Positions 13,001 to 25,200 of a stretch of DNA of 64,000 nucleotides are shown piece by piece. The position numbers and the translations under genes were made by a program. The stretch lies in assembly GCA_002189035.1 (NCBI GenBank), contig NEEC01000014.1, positions 496,001-560,000 of the forward strand, in the 5' to 3' direction. The notes under the pieces were generated by a model that was not told where the DNA came from, searched no databases, and was given only the letters and a program-made list of their open reading frames with translations. How positions within the stretch are numbered: the first letter of the stretch is position 1; each line of letters starts with the position of its first letter. The stretch is from Utricularia gibba. Taxonomy: Eukaryota; Plantae; Magnoliophyta.

Positions 13001-14677
13001 GTACTTTGAATACTCGTCCATGAAGATTACATAGTATTTGTTCCCAGATCTTGTAGATATCTGCATGGGTCCACATACGTCACTGGTGACTACATCAAGC
13101 TTGTTTTCAGAGTGTATGCTGACTTTCGGAAAGGGGCGTCTAATCAGCTTGCATTGTTGACAGATTCTGCACACTTCCCCTTTGTTGGATAAATCAGGTA
13201 TATTGTGTGCTAGTCCTTTCCGGTGTAGAGAAGTTATAGTGTTGAGGTGATGATGCCCCAATCTCTGATGCCATAGTCTGGACTGTTCTGAGGTAGATAG
13301 GCAGAGTCCTGAGTAGGTAGAGAAATCCATAGGGAAGACACGATTAGACATAGCAACAGAGAGTATGATATTTGAATCTGAATCTTTTATCTTGCAGGTA
13401 TTTTCTTCTAGCAGTAGTTGAAATCCCCTTTCGAGTAGCTGTCCTGCACTAAGTAAATTGTGGGAGGCCTCAGGTACATAGTACACGTCGTTTATTTTCA
13501 CAAGCCTTTTGTCTGTCTCTATGCAAACTGTCCCAAAACCTTTTATCTGAATAAGCTTTCCATCGGCCACTGCTATAGTTCTTCCTGTCAATGAGCTATA
13601 GGTTGAGAAGATGCTAAGATCGTTAGTGAGGTGGTGAGAACACCCACTGTCCAGCAGCCATACACTTTGCTTCCGTAAGTCAGTGAATGTAGTGATGAGG
13701 GAGTTGTGACATAAAGTGTAGAGCTCAATTTTCATCTTATTTGAATCTACGCGGGAAGGTACATCATTTGGGTTGCTGTTTAACTTGGCATCCATGGCTT
13801 TTCCTCCCAGAGCATGGAATCTTTTTAGGGGACACACCCGCTCGATGTGACCCTTGAGACTGCAGTATGTGCAAGAGGAGTCCGGGTGCCAGAAGCATGC
13901 GGTTGATAGATGGTTGTTCTTTTTGCAGTAGGGGCATGCGGCTTGATTGTTCACCCGATCTGTTTTGGCCATCTAGAGCACAGGTTCCTTGTGAAGGTTC
14001 AATGATGTCTGACCTCTGCTAGAGTTGCTAGAGGGTATGTGATGTTGAGCTGTATTCGCCATGCCATTAAACGCAACTTCCAGGGTGGTGCCTTGACTCA
14101 TCTCCTCTTCTGATTCCCCTAGGCGCTCTAGCAATTTCTTGGAGGATATGGAGTGCATCCCGGTGACACGAAGCGCCGTGACAACAGGCCCATATGTGCG
14201 AGGTAGGGAGCTAAGGATCTTGGATTTGACTCTACGGTTGTCCACAGCTTCTCCCAAAGTCTGTAACTCGGTAACAACCTTGGTGAGTGTATCAGAGAAT
14301 TGTAAGATGCTCATACCTGGTGCAAATTTTAAATTGTCAAAGAGTTCCCATTGACGTTGAATGCGAGCCTCTCGTGGTTCTGTGTCTTCCCCATATAGTT
14401 CCTCCAGCTTCAACCAGATTTCTTTAGGGGTCTTTAGGTGCATGACACGGGTGAATACTTCCTCGGATAGAGACTGGTCTAAGGCATACTTGGCCTTCTT
14501 GATTTGGATATCATTGACCTTAGCTAGATCTGATGATTCTGTGACAGGTGGAGAGGGACTAGCGGGATCTACAATTGGCCAGACGTCATTCATTTGTAAG
14601 TAGCTCTCCATCCTAACTGCCCAAGAGGCATATCGCTGACCATTAAATATGGGTGGAGACTGTTGTAGCGTAGTCAT
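9896..14677 (-). pseudogene. Copia gag-pol polyprotein, one frame with two in-frame TAG stops
   Basis: Gag ATG 14677 (PPIFNGQRYASWAVRM); TAG at 13973-13975; two CCHC knuckles; protease WLLDSGCSHH; GAG-pre-integrase LWHQRLGH; integrase SDVCGP/RSDNGGEY/PEQNGICERKNR; TAG at 11807-11809; RT YVDDILL; RNase H FVDADFAG/SSAEAEY/KHIKVKYH. All three ORFs share one frame. Confidence 0.93.
10090..10098 (-). other. Polypurine tract
   Basis: AAGGAGGAA immediately before the TG of the 3' LTR on the minus strand. Confidence 0.8.
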
Positions 14678-14767
14678 GCTTCCCAATATGCACAGGATTT
14701 GCTGGAGCAAGGAGGTGTGGGGTGCGTAGTCAGAGAACGTCACGCAAGAAGGAATGTGAAGGTAGTG

Positions 14768-14785
14768 TTCACGTCGGGTTCACCA
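14768..14785 (-). other. Primer-binding site, apparently complementary to tRNA-Trp
   Basis: TGGTGAACCCGACGTGAA directly abuts the 5' LTR. Its complement TTCACGTCGGGTTCACCA matches the plant tRNA-Trp 3' end as recalled, not tRNAiMet. Confidence 0.8.
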
Positions 14786-15255
14786 TGATAGATATTGCAT
14801 GATATGGGTGTAGGAAATATGACAGTGAAGATGTGAGAGTTTTGGAGTGGATGAATCTTTCTGAAGCTCAAGATATTGTATAGAATGTCAAGAGTAAGCA
14901 CACACTTTTACAAATCCTGATACCCTTTATATAGAAGGCGAAAAAACTAGCCGTTGCCTCCTTGACCGTTGGATGTATTTGTATGGTTCATAGCTACTTA
15001 GTCATCGGATATGCTTCTCCAGAGCATATGAGGGACAGTGGGCCGTGAAGTGTTGCCTTTGGACTGGACTTGCCTCATCTAATGGGCTGTAGCCCTTTGA
15101 GATGAGTAGGGCCCAACATAATCAAGCTTACCCCTGCAGTGGGTTGCTTCTCCTTCACCGGGATTTCCTCCTCAGAACTTCGCCGGACTTGTTCTTCCTC
15201 TCTTGTTGATCCTTGATATCAGCTGAAGTCTCAATTTCATCCTCACGCTCTAACA
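14786..15255 (-). repeat. 5' LTR (470 bp, with TATA box)
   Basis: TG...CA ends. Contains CTATATAAAG on the minus strand near 14927-14936, inside the block absent from the 3' LTR. Confidence 0.95.
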
Positions 15256-16414
15256 ATTTATGCCAGGGCTGATCCGGCAGACACGGCGACGACAGCATCT
15301 CGAAGGAATCCGGCAAGACATGCATGAACCCAGTGGCCAGAATGATCCCCGACGCAAAGGCTTTCACGACGATGAATAGCGTACGCTCCGGATTCAAAGC
15401 AGGAACCGCGCGGGTGACTAAAGGCAAGCCTACCCCGATGATGCTCGCGACGAGGATCGCGGCGATGGCGATGATCTTCAGAGGCAACGCTTGTTTCCTG
15501 TTGTTACAGGGACTCCGATCGGAAGCGGCGCAGTCCTCCACGACGCAGAAAACTCCGGCGAAGCACTGGGAGAAGAGGAGCGCCGCCATCAGAGTACGGG
15601 AGGGAGCCATCCTGGATGGAGAAGGGAGACTCACAAGGAAGGAAATGAAACACGAGTTTGCCGTCCGTCATATAAAAAGCGCAAGCGTACGTAAAATGGT
15701 GCGGTTTCCATTTTTTCTCCGGTCAAGATTCTCACGGCGTCCCGGAGTTCAACAGCCACTCAAATTCAGCTTACCCAAGTGGGGACCACGACCGTACACA
15801 TCACTCCTATGTCGTACCTTGAAATGCGCATTGAATCCTTGAGTAAATGCGAGCGCGCATTGAGTAACGCTACTTCAACAAATTAGTTTAAAACACGTTT
15901 CTTTATTCCACATCATCAATTCCGTCTGATTCCCAAACACCAACGGGTTCAAGAATAGAATCTCATACTCTCTTTAGTTGTGTGTTTTTCAAGAAATATT
16001 ATTTTTCTTAAAAAAATAAAAATTATTAATATTTGATGATGAAATTATTTTTACAATATTTGTTTTAGAAATACAAATTATTTCAAATAGATAGTTAATT
16101 TCCGAAAAAGAAGTCTCATGGTCGAATGGCAACAACTCCTGGATAACCGGGGATGGGTTTTTATTTTCCTGCTATGAAAGGACTCAGCACTTGATTGTCC
16201 GTACGAAAAACTCAAAGATATTTCAGGGAAGAATCGGACACGTGGAGGGAGATAATCGTGAGAAATTGTGGAACCAAAACCTGTTTAAAATCCCACTAAC
16301 CACAAAACTTGTTCTTGTTCTCACACAAAAAAAAAAAAAAAAACAAAAAGAAGAAGAGGAAGCCCCAAGCTGGCACTTAGCCAGAGCTTATTACAATGGG
16401 CCTTGAGGTCAGGC

Positions 16415-18917
16415 CCATTTTTTTAGTGAAAGTCAAATTAAAAGGGGCGCGGTTCATGCTTCTACTACTTTATTTCATGCGTGCGTGTCATTTTGTGCTT
16501 TTGCAGGGGTCAAATAATAAAAAAACAGAAATATCCCTGGCCTGCGTGGCGAATGTGGGGAGTGTAGGCTTGAAGCATGCACCTCAGGAGCTACACCATG
16601 CCAGCTAAGCAAAATGGAGACGTGGACTGATCCACGTGTAAAGTGGCCCCCACTGCCGCGCACTTTATTCTACCATATTACACGGGGCTACGTCACCATG
16701 ACGTGTGTCATGGGCTCCTAAGTGGGCCTATATAGTACAGGCCTGGCCCAATATGGGAAATTGTTTCAGGACCATTTGGCCATGAGGGACATCCCTCCGG
16801 CGCCCACCAAGACGGCGACGAAGCACTTGACTTGAAGCTTGATGCTTTCCTGCAACCTTTTCCCCATGAACTCCGATGCCAGAAGATCCACCAACGCCAT
16901 GTAAATTAACAACCCTGAAGAAGAGGCGCTGAGCAGGCCGGTGGTGATGAGTGCCCGAGGACTGTTCTCCCGGTAACTGCTCGATAACGCGATCCCCAAC
17001 GTGATTCCGAACGGCATCGTCACGGAGAAGAAGAATGCCATCGTCGCCTTCTTTATCAGACCGTACTCCGCCTGCAGTCGTAGCAGTAGAAGAGTGTCAC
17101 GATTACCCCAAGGAGAAAGCCGAATTCGAGGTTTTCTGTTTTGTCACCTGAAGGATGCAGCCACCGAGACCCATCCCTTCGAAGAGTTGGTGGAAACAGA
17201 GGGCTGCGATGAGGCCTTTGATCGAGCAGGTGTTGGACGATGCGCCTAAGGATAATCCGATCACCACAGAGTGAACGACGATCCCCAGCTCCAGAACCTG
17301 TCGACACAAGGTTAACAGAAGGGTGAAAAAAGTCTATGGAATGAATCCTTATACTGGAGACTCTAATGAATTGATTGCGCACCATGGCGATCACTCTGTA
17401 CCGGAGAAGTTGGGAACCTTGGGCATTATTGGGATTCATACCATGGTGAGAGTGATGCTGATTCGCCTCCACGGAATCCCCCTTCTCCGCCTCCGTTACC
17501 GCCGCGTCGCCTTTATGCTTACTGTAAAGGCTCGTTGCAACAGAATCGATCATAAGCGTGACGATCGCGGAAAGCATGGCCACGAAGCCGGTGAAGGGAA
17601 ATTTATGCCAGGGCTGATCCGGCAGACACGGCGACAACAGCATCTCGAAGGAATCCGGCAAGACGTGCATGAACCCAGTGGCCAGAATGATCCCCGACGC
17701 AAAGGATTTCACGACGATGAATAGCGTACGCTCCGGATTCAAAGCAGGAACCGCGCGGGTGACTAAAGGCAAGCTTACCCCGATGATGCTCGCGACGAGG
17801 ATCGCGGCGATGGCGATGATCTTTAGAGGCAAGGCTTGTTTCCTGTTGTTACATGGGCTCCGATCGGAAGCGGCGCAGTCCTCCACGACGCAGAAAACCC
17901 CGACGAAGCACTGGGACAAGAGGAGCGCCGCCATCAGAGCACGGGAGGAAGCCATCCTGGCGAAGGGGGAGGCGCACAAGGAAGGAAATGAAACAGAGCT
18001 CGCCGTCCGTCATATAAAAAGTGCAGGCGTACGGAAAATCGTGCGGCTCCCATTTTTTCTCCGGTCAAGATTCTGAGTGCGTGCCGGACTCATGTTCAGT
18101 TCAGTTCAGCGTACCCAAGTGGGGACCACGACCGTACACATCACTCCTCCTATGTCGTACCTTGAAATGCGCATTGAATCCTTGAGTAAATGGGAGCGCG
18201 TATTTGACTAACGGTTAGAATCGGATCCTCCCGCGACACCTTATTTTAACAATTTTTTTTTATTATTTATTCCACACTCCAAAGCTCATCCATTCTGTCG
18301 GATTCCCAAACACCAACGGGTTCAGGAATCGAATCTCATGCTCTCTTTAGTTGTGTTATTTTTTGTGTTGAAAAAAAATTATTTTCATAATACTCGATTT
18401 AGAAATAGAAATTATTTCAAGTAGGTAGTTAATTTCCAGGTGAAGCAAGTGATAGCTCATAATGTTGCATGGAAAAAGAAGGGTTGATTATTGAGGTTAG
18501 TTGGGGAGGGCGTGGAATTCAAGTGATAAGACCAATTGTTGATTGGATTGTGTGTTGATGAGGAGCGTCACCAGTCAAGACGCGGCAGCAGCTGCCCGGA
18601 GAGGAAGGATTTCCGTTGGCTACGCCATAAATTGCCAGTGTCTGTGCGGCAACCATGAAGGCGACCAGAACAAGAGTCTTCACAGCTCCATGAAGACACA
18701 CCTCACCTGTTCTTGCAAGATCCATTAACAAACACATACACACACAAAAGAAAAAAAAAACATGATCCTTGTTGGGTTAGTAGTAAACGCCCTGTGCAAG
18801 GGATCAGAGAAGTCTCATGGTCGGATGGCAACTCCTGGATAACCAGGGGTGGGTTTTTGTTTTCCTGCTACGAAAGGACGGACTCAGCACTTGTTTGTCC
18901 GTACGACAGACTCAAAC
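16415..18917. repeat. Tandem segmental duplication unit (ZIP gene plus both flanks), paralogous to ~8549-16219 without the copia
   Basis: Long shared stretches of non-coding flank on both sides (16415-16765 vs 8549-8905; 17980-18437 and 18808-18917 vs 15635-16219). Confidence 0.88.
16766..17955 (-). CDS. IRT1-like ZIP metal transporter, copy C (intact, 3 exons)
   Basis: ATG 17955. Introns after VIAM and GCILQ. Full ZIP motif set, loop HHSHHG, ends MAKWS*. Confidence 0.93.
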
Positions 18918-19269
18918 ACACCACTGATTAGGAGGAGCAGCACATCGTTGTCGGCAGGTCATCTTCTTTCCACGTTCCATCCACCACCGTGTGGGGTGGG
19001 CTGTTTATTCAGAGTCAGTCAATGCTGTTGGCGAAGCAACTAGAAAGGCAGCAGGCGCGACCTCAGTGGCCTCCTTGGAACGGGTCACTGCATTTCAGAG
19101 ATTTGCTTACAGTGCAGCTTTGACTGAAGGAAGAATGGAGGAGGGGCCATCTCTATGAAGCAGGAAAAATGTTCATCATGATTGGAAAAGTTCAACTAAA
19201 ACGTGTAATTACAAAACAAAAACAAAAAGAGATGCAACTTGGAAAAGTTGAAGAAAAGGCATTTACATT

Positions 19270-21667
19270 TTATATGGGAGGCGTTGAAGTTGGGAAGAGT
19301 TTCTTGCGAAGCCTGGAGATGGTTAGATCAGATCCTCCATATCCATCCATCACAGCCAACGCAGAAGGGAACTGCGCTCTTATAGTTGAACTTGGAGCCC
19401 AACAAACAAAAAGCTTTCAGTCCTTGTGTGAACAGGATCAGCTGTAAGGATTTGTGTTGTAAGGATAAGGTTTGATTTTACCTGCTCCTGAGAACCACAC
19501 AGGGCATGCCAATGCACTCCGCGGCAAATACTCCAGTTTGGCTTCCAGCAACCAGAATGCAATTCGTAACAGGGAGTTGGGCGTATTCGGCTGCTGCTCT
19601 TTGAGCAGCAATGACGTCTTTCAAGCTGCACAAGAAAGACAAGCATGGCGAAAACTGAGCTGCTCAGTAGAATATGAATATTGATCTGGGGTACCTTTCA
19701 CATGAATTCGTGTTGAGGTCAACTTTCAACTTCAGCAATGAGGCCACCTCCTCTGCAATTCTTTGCCTTTCAGCAGAAGCTGAAGAAAAATTGGTTCACA
19801 AGTAATTTTGTGTATTATGCATGATTTTCAGCATCACAAAAGAGAGTATCTTGCCTGCTTGAGTCACTTCCCTGGCTAACTGTTCATCTACACTGCCAGA
19901 CAATCCTATTCCGGAAACAAGCTGTCCATAGAAACTCTGCTTTACCTCTGAGTCCCCGATTAACTTCGTCTTTGATAGTCTCTCGGTCCCAAGTTTTTGA
20001 ACAATTGAACTATCAACCAACGATGTATCCAATGGTGTGAGAGATGAAAAACAAACTATCTCATACTCTTCGCGGAGAGATTAAGTGTATGTTCTGCACA
20101 ACTTTTTGTCAAATAAATTCTACTTCTTTTTTTAAAAAAGTAGAATTAACTTTGATTGTAAAACAATGGTTCATTCTACTTCTTTTTTTTCTTTGAGATC
20201 TCATTCTATTACTACCTTTTTCTTTGAGAAATGAAAAGTAACAAGCTACTTTTCAGTCTTTTTTTTTTAATAATTCTCATTCTAAAAAAAAGTAGATTGT
20301 ACTATAAAAAATCATACAGAACAAGCTCTAAAACAAACCTTGCCACAGTCTCCCCTCTTGGGTCATATGCCGTCAGGAAAAGGACAGGAACACCTTCGTT
20401 AGTAGCCTCGTCAATGAACCTGAAAATGCATTTTGGAACTAGTATACAAGACGGCAAATATAATAAGTGAGCACATTGGATCCAGAATCCTCCTGTGCTA
20501 AGTAATAATTATAAGCAAATCAGAGTTGGTGGCCCACTCTTGAGCACCAGGTCTCAATGGAAAAGCTGCTGTTCTGACGAGATCACCCGTAGCATCCACC
20601 TGAAGAGAGAACAAATTAGCAGGCCATAGGCAAAGTAGTTGCACAGTGCTGCCTGGCATGAGAAAGCACTACACCTTCATCCTGAGTACATTTTTCACGA
20701 AACCTTCCTTTTCGTTTGTTGGTACTGAGGTGGGCCAACCAATCTGCAACACAGGCATCAATGAAGCAATGCCAAATAGCAGGCTGCAAAGTCCAGCACA
20801 TTAGTTTCCTAAAGCCCTAACCCGGTTAAAATACAAAATTAGCATCCTTTCCTCATCACCAGCACTTTTCCTGGCAATCAAGGAAAAATCCCATCACACA
20901 TTGAAATGATACAAGAGTCGTTAAAAGATAGCGGCTTGCAGTATGAGATATGTATACTAAGCGACTAAGATATTCACATTGAACAGGGCGTTTGGGGTCT
21001 AGTTTCAAAAAGTCCATATCCTAGAAATCCTAAGCTGATGTATAATCACTACCAAAGAAATGGTTAATATCGCACCTTACAAGGTCAGTGTACACCGGTT
21101 CAGACCAATTTGCACAATCCAATCCCAGTTTCTTGAATGCTATACATAGTTCACAACTGAGCTCAATTGCGATGTAAACTAATGAATGCCAACACCAAAG
21201 CACTATAAAATAGGGAAGAATCTGTATCGCACCTACGTTAAAAGCCTGCCTATTAACCAACCGATTCACATCCATTAACACCCTGAACCCAAAAATGAAG
21301 ATAATTAGCACGAACAACCGCAACAAAAACAGAGCATTTTCAACAACTATGTGAAGCATCCGAGTCTCAGAATTGACAGAAAGAAACAACACTGTAAGAA
21401 ACGCGGTCCTTACCCTTCAACTTCAAGAAGAACAGCGAAATCTTGAGAGGGACTCCGTGCAGCGGCCTCCCCGGGGGAGGAAAAGGAAGCAAACTGATTG
21501 TGCAGTACGCACTTCTTCAACTTCCAACTGTCTGGAAAGGGATAACGAATTCTAGGAAATCCTATCGAGCACGAGCGATTATCACCAGGCCAGCTGATGT
21601 TCACTCGATCGTAGAGCCCGGGGGTGGGGGCGGCTGCGCGAAGAATCGGACACGGAACGATACTCAT
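19270..21667 (-). CDS. CbbY-like HAD-superfamily hydrolase, probably plastid-targeted, many small exons
   Basis: Spliced peptides AVLLEVEG|VLMDV...RQAFNV|AFKKLGLDCANWSEPVY|...IGWPTSVPTNEK|...PLRPGAQE|FIDEATNEGVPV|...EEVASLLKL|...MPCVVLRS|...DGYGGSDLTI resemble the recalled Arabidopsis At5g45170-type protein. Confidence 0.85.
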
Positions 21668-22266
21668 TTTGCGGCGAGCTCAAAAGATTTCGGCGCCTCC
21701 GCATAATCCTATTGATTTATTTCATCACGATTCTATTTGTGCAGTTCCACAGCCTAATGACGCAATCAAATCAAATGACATCTATGCAGTTCCTCTCAAT
21801 AACCATATCGGAAACAAGCCGGCAAGCCACCACGGCGGGCTACTCGTCAGCATGATGAAAATCGAGAGGAAAGAACAAGCCCATAGACATTACCAGAATC
21901 TTCAACAAACTGTAAAATATTAAAAAATCATGAAAAAAATGTGGGGTTGATGATGCTGATGATGATGGGGAATGTCCGAAGACCCATCAGTTACACTCTC
22001 CAGTTGCTGTTATGTTACTTCCGAAACAAGAAGCCATGCAGAAGAATGAAGAAGTTGCTTACAGAGTCTCACTGAAAAGAGTGAAAACCAGAGGTGGTTG
22101 CTGCACAAGGACAGCACATACCGGTGTAGTGATCAGCCATCCTCGCACTCCAGAGCCGCATCGCCAAAACTACTTTCCCCTGCTTCACTTCGACGGCTAT
22201 GTCAAAAACTTCGTTGGTACAACAAAGACAAACCGGTGACACAAAACAGTAGACACTTGGACCCTC

Positions 22267-25200
22267 TCAGGCTACTTTAACTTCTGCTCCAGAGACCAGC
22301 TGCTTTTTCTCAAAGAGTTCGTCGAGTAGGCCCATGTTGGGCGGAGTAGTTCTATTTGACTTAGCTGAAGGTAGTGATCTTATGTGTGCTAGCAAATGCT
22401 CCACGTCGCACTGAAGACTGGGGAAAGACAAGCAGCAGAAGGTCAGGGACTAATAGATTCTCAAGGCTTATACTTGCTGTCACTACATTTTACCATTTTT
22501 CTGCATGTGGGGTATTTATCTCTAACCGCAGGAATGCATCCGCAATTTGGGAATGCAACATTACCACCACTTCCCTGCAGTTGAAAATACAAACCTATTA
22601 AAGAGCATAGCATGGGTGATTTTCAGTTCCCCCTGAATGAATGCATACACAGCATCAAGCTGAAAGGTCGGACAGAGTAAAACGTTTCAAGGGAAAATTT
22701 AGCAAATCATAGACCGATCCAGTAGGAAAACCTCATCTGTTTTAGAGCTTGTGTAGTGAATGCTAGACACACAATTATTGAAAAACAAGAAAAAAAAATA
22801 CTTGGATACCAGAGATAAATATTACCCAAAAATAGCTTGCACATCTTCTTGGAGAAGGAGCTTAGATAGTGTGCGCAGGAGAAAACTAACCTCCTGTTTC
22901 ATTAACGGGAAACACCCGTTAGTGAAATGTATATAACAATCCTAATGCTTCATATCCCATGTAGAGAAGAAAAAGAACGTAAGCAGTGCAGAGTTTCACC
23001 CCAAAGACTTGGACTGTACCTTGGTTAAGGAGCGAGCAAATTGGCTAGGTTGTACATCACTATCTACAGATTTATTCCAGCCTTCGACAATTTGTGGCAA
23101 ACCACGTAGATGGACTAACAGTCTTTCTCTCATTATCTGAACCAGCTTGGTGTGGATCTCATCACGATGATTTTTATAATCCTAGTTTTCAAAGTAGCAA
23201 TCACTTGAAACATTAGTATTCATATACAGAAGTAAACATAACGCCATTCTGCAGAAAGTTACTCACAGATGACACTCGATCAATTTCCATCTGCAATAAC
23301 CCCTTGTACGTCTCTGGCACTTTGAGCAAGAGAATTGTCCTGATTTCTTGTTACATATCCAACATAAAATCTCCAAATCATGAAACAGAAATGGATGAAA
23401 TACATACAAGAAATAAAATGAAACGACTACCAAATCACATTAAGCGAAAAGATGAAGGCAATCAGTAAAGACCTACACAATTTTTTTAGAAAAGAAAGTA
23501 TACTATGGATCCTCAATGCTGACAATGACTCAAAGGAATTTTGCACTCTGCGATTTCCTTTTCTTTTTTTTTTTTTTTTGTTTACTTTTTGCCACTTCAC
23601 CACAGCCTTTTAGACGCACTTACCAGGTATCAACGCATATGTGAAACTGATGACTTGACTTGCCATAGCCAAGTGTCTGGAAGTAATTGATCTCAGACCA
23701 GACACCTATTGCCAATTAAACAAGCGAAATACATAAAATTTAAAAAACGTTGAAGATAAAATTCATGCGAATAATAATAATAAAAGCCGGATTCTTCTGT
23801 TTATCTGGAGAGAAAAATAGAAATAAATCTACTCATAATTGGAGGTTCTAGAGATTTACAGTGCGACTAAGTAATACTTGAATTGATTAAAACAAATGAT
23901 GCAGTAGACGAGAAGGAGCAAGGTCTAGAGAAGGAAAATAGATCATAGATTGTAAATCAAAGAAAAAAACTAAGATCCAGTGGAGTACTCTATGAAGAAA
24001 ACCTGCAAGGCATTTGCCCCAAGAACAAGATGCGCGGTCCTTGAATTGAACAACTTCAAGATCTCAGCCACCCGGTGAATGACTTCCGCAGACAGTGCAG
24101 GTAAAGAGGTGCTGATATCAATATACTCTGACATCATCTTGACCAAATATAGCCCACTGTGGCATCAAATAAACAAAATACGCACGCTGAATTTTAAAGC
24201 AGAAGAGCAAAAAAACAAATGTTTAAGTAAGAGCTATATTTTTTTTTACTTATATCAGACAATTCTCTGGAGTTACAATAAATTCAGCTCATTGTTGTAT
24301 TCTTAGTAAATCATTCGTGAATGTCAGAATCTCATTCAAATTCAATGGTGTATAGTTCACCCTGGGTAGAGAAAAAAGTAAATTCCATAAAAGATATAAC
24401 CACTCACCAGTTCACCATGTGATATCCGATACCTCGGAAATAAAGCATCCGAAGGTTTGGTTTTCGATCCTTGCTGGAGCTATTCACTTGGGAAGTACTA
24501 ACATCAGAATTATTGTGGTCCATGCTCAAACGTGATCCATCACTATTTGGCTTATGATCTACAACAACACCATTGGATACAGGTTGCTCACTAGTCAAGG
24601 TCACGTTCACCATGGAAGCATCATCACTAGTAGAAACCACTTCACTAGAGCCTGATGTGTTGGCAACAGGCTCCACATCATTCTCCCCGTCAACCACAGA
24701 CTGTGAAGAGCAGAGAGAATCCACAATGCTCTGAAACTCTTCTGGAACATCTATCTCAGACCAGTTTTCTTGGTCAAGTAAAGCCCTCATCTTAGTCATC
24801 TATGAATATGAAAAAATGATCAAAACAAATTCAGAAGCAAATGAACTTGATAGAATCAAACTAACCCGAGATTCGTGCTGGAATTCTAAGAAGGATTTAG
24901 CCTGTGACTGTAGAGTTCCACGAATGCTGTATCCTAACCTTCCACCAATCTGGCTATGCCAGCAAACCATAGTTTATTACATAACAGAAAATTCTAATAC
25001 TGCTCCAAGGCACATAAGAGAAGGAGAGGACACTTGCCTTCTCAGTTGAAGCAATAAATTCCTGACTCAGCTTATAAACGCCAAGAAATTCCTGCAATCT
25101 CAGTTTCGTATGAATCTGGGAACGAATTCCAACAATCTTTGCCCATCTTCCATGAGCCGCATCACAAGCAGCAAACAGCGCTTCTGCATTTTCTCTCAAA

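Larger units (their letters stand above)
9735..15255 (-). mobile_element. Full-length Ty1/copia LTR retrotransposon (5521 bp)
   Basis: TG...CA termini; 5-bp TSD ATTTA at 9730-9734 and 15256-15260; two LTRs; PBS; PPT; gag-PR-IN-RT-RNaseH order (IN before RT indicates copia). Confidence 0.97.
8906..15610 (-). pseudogene. IRT1-like ZIP copy B, exon 1 interrupted by a copia insertion
   Basis: 5' part (ATG 15610 to 15256) and 3' part (9734 to stop 8906) are collinear with copy C. The break lies in PWHK|FPFTG. Confidence 0.93.

Noticed and set aside
13973-14743. Separate gag ORF starting at 14743 as in the ORF track
   Set aside because: That start is non-ATG, the likely ATG is 14677, and the ORF is in frame with pol.
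17298-17307. Near-ZDRE palindrome TGTCGACA in ZIP-C
   Set aside because: One mismatch to RTGTCGACAY, overlaps the intron acceptor, and is not conserved in paralogue B.
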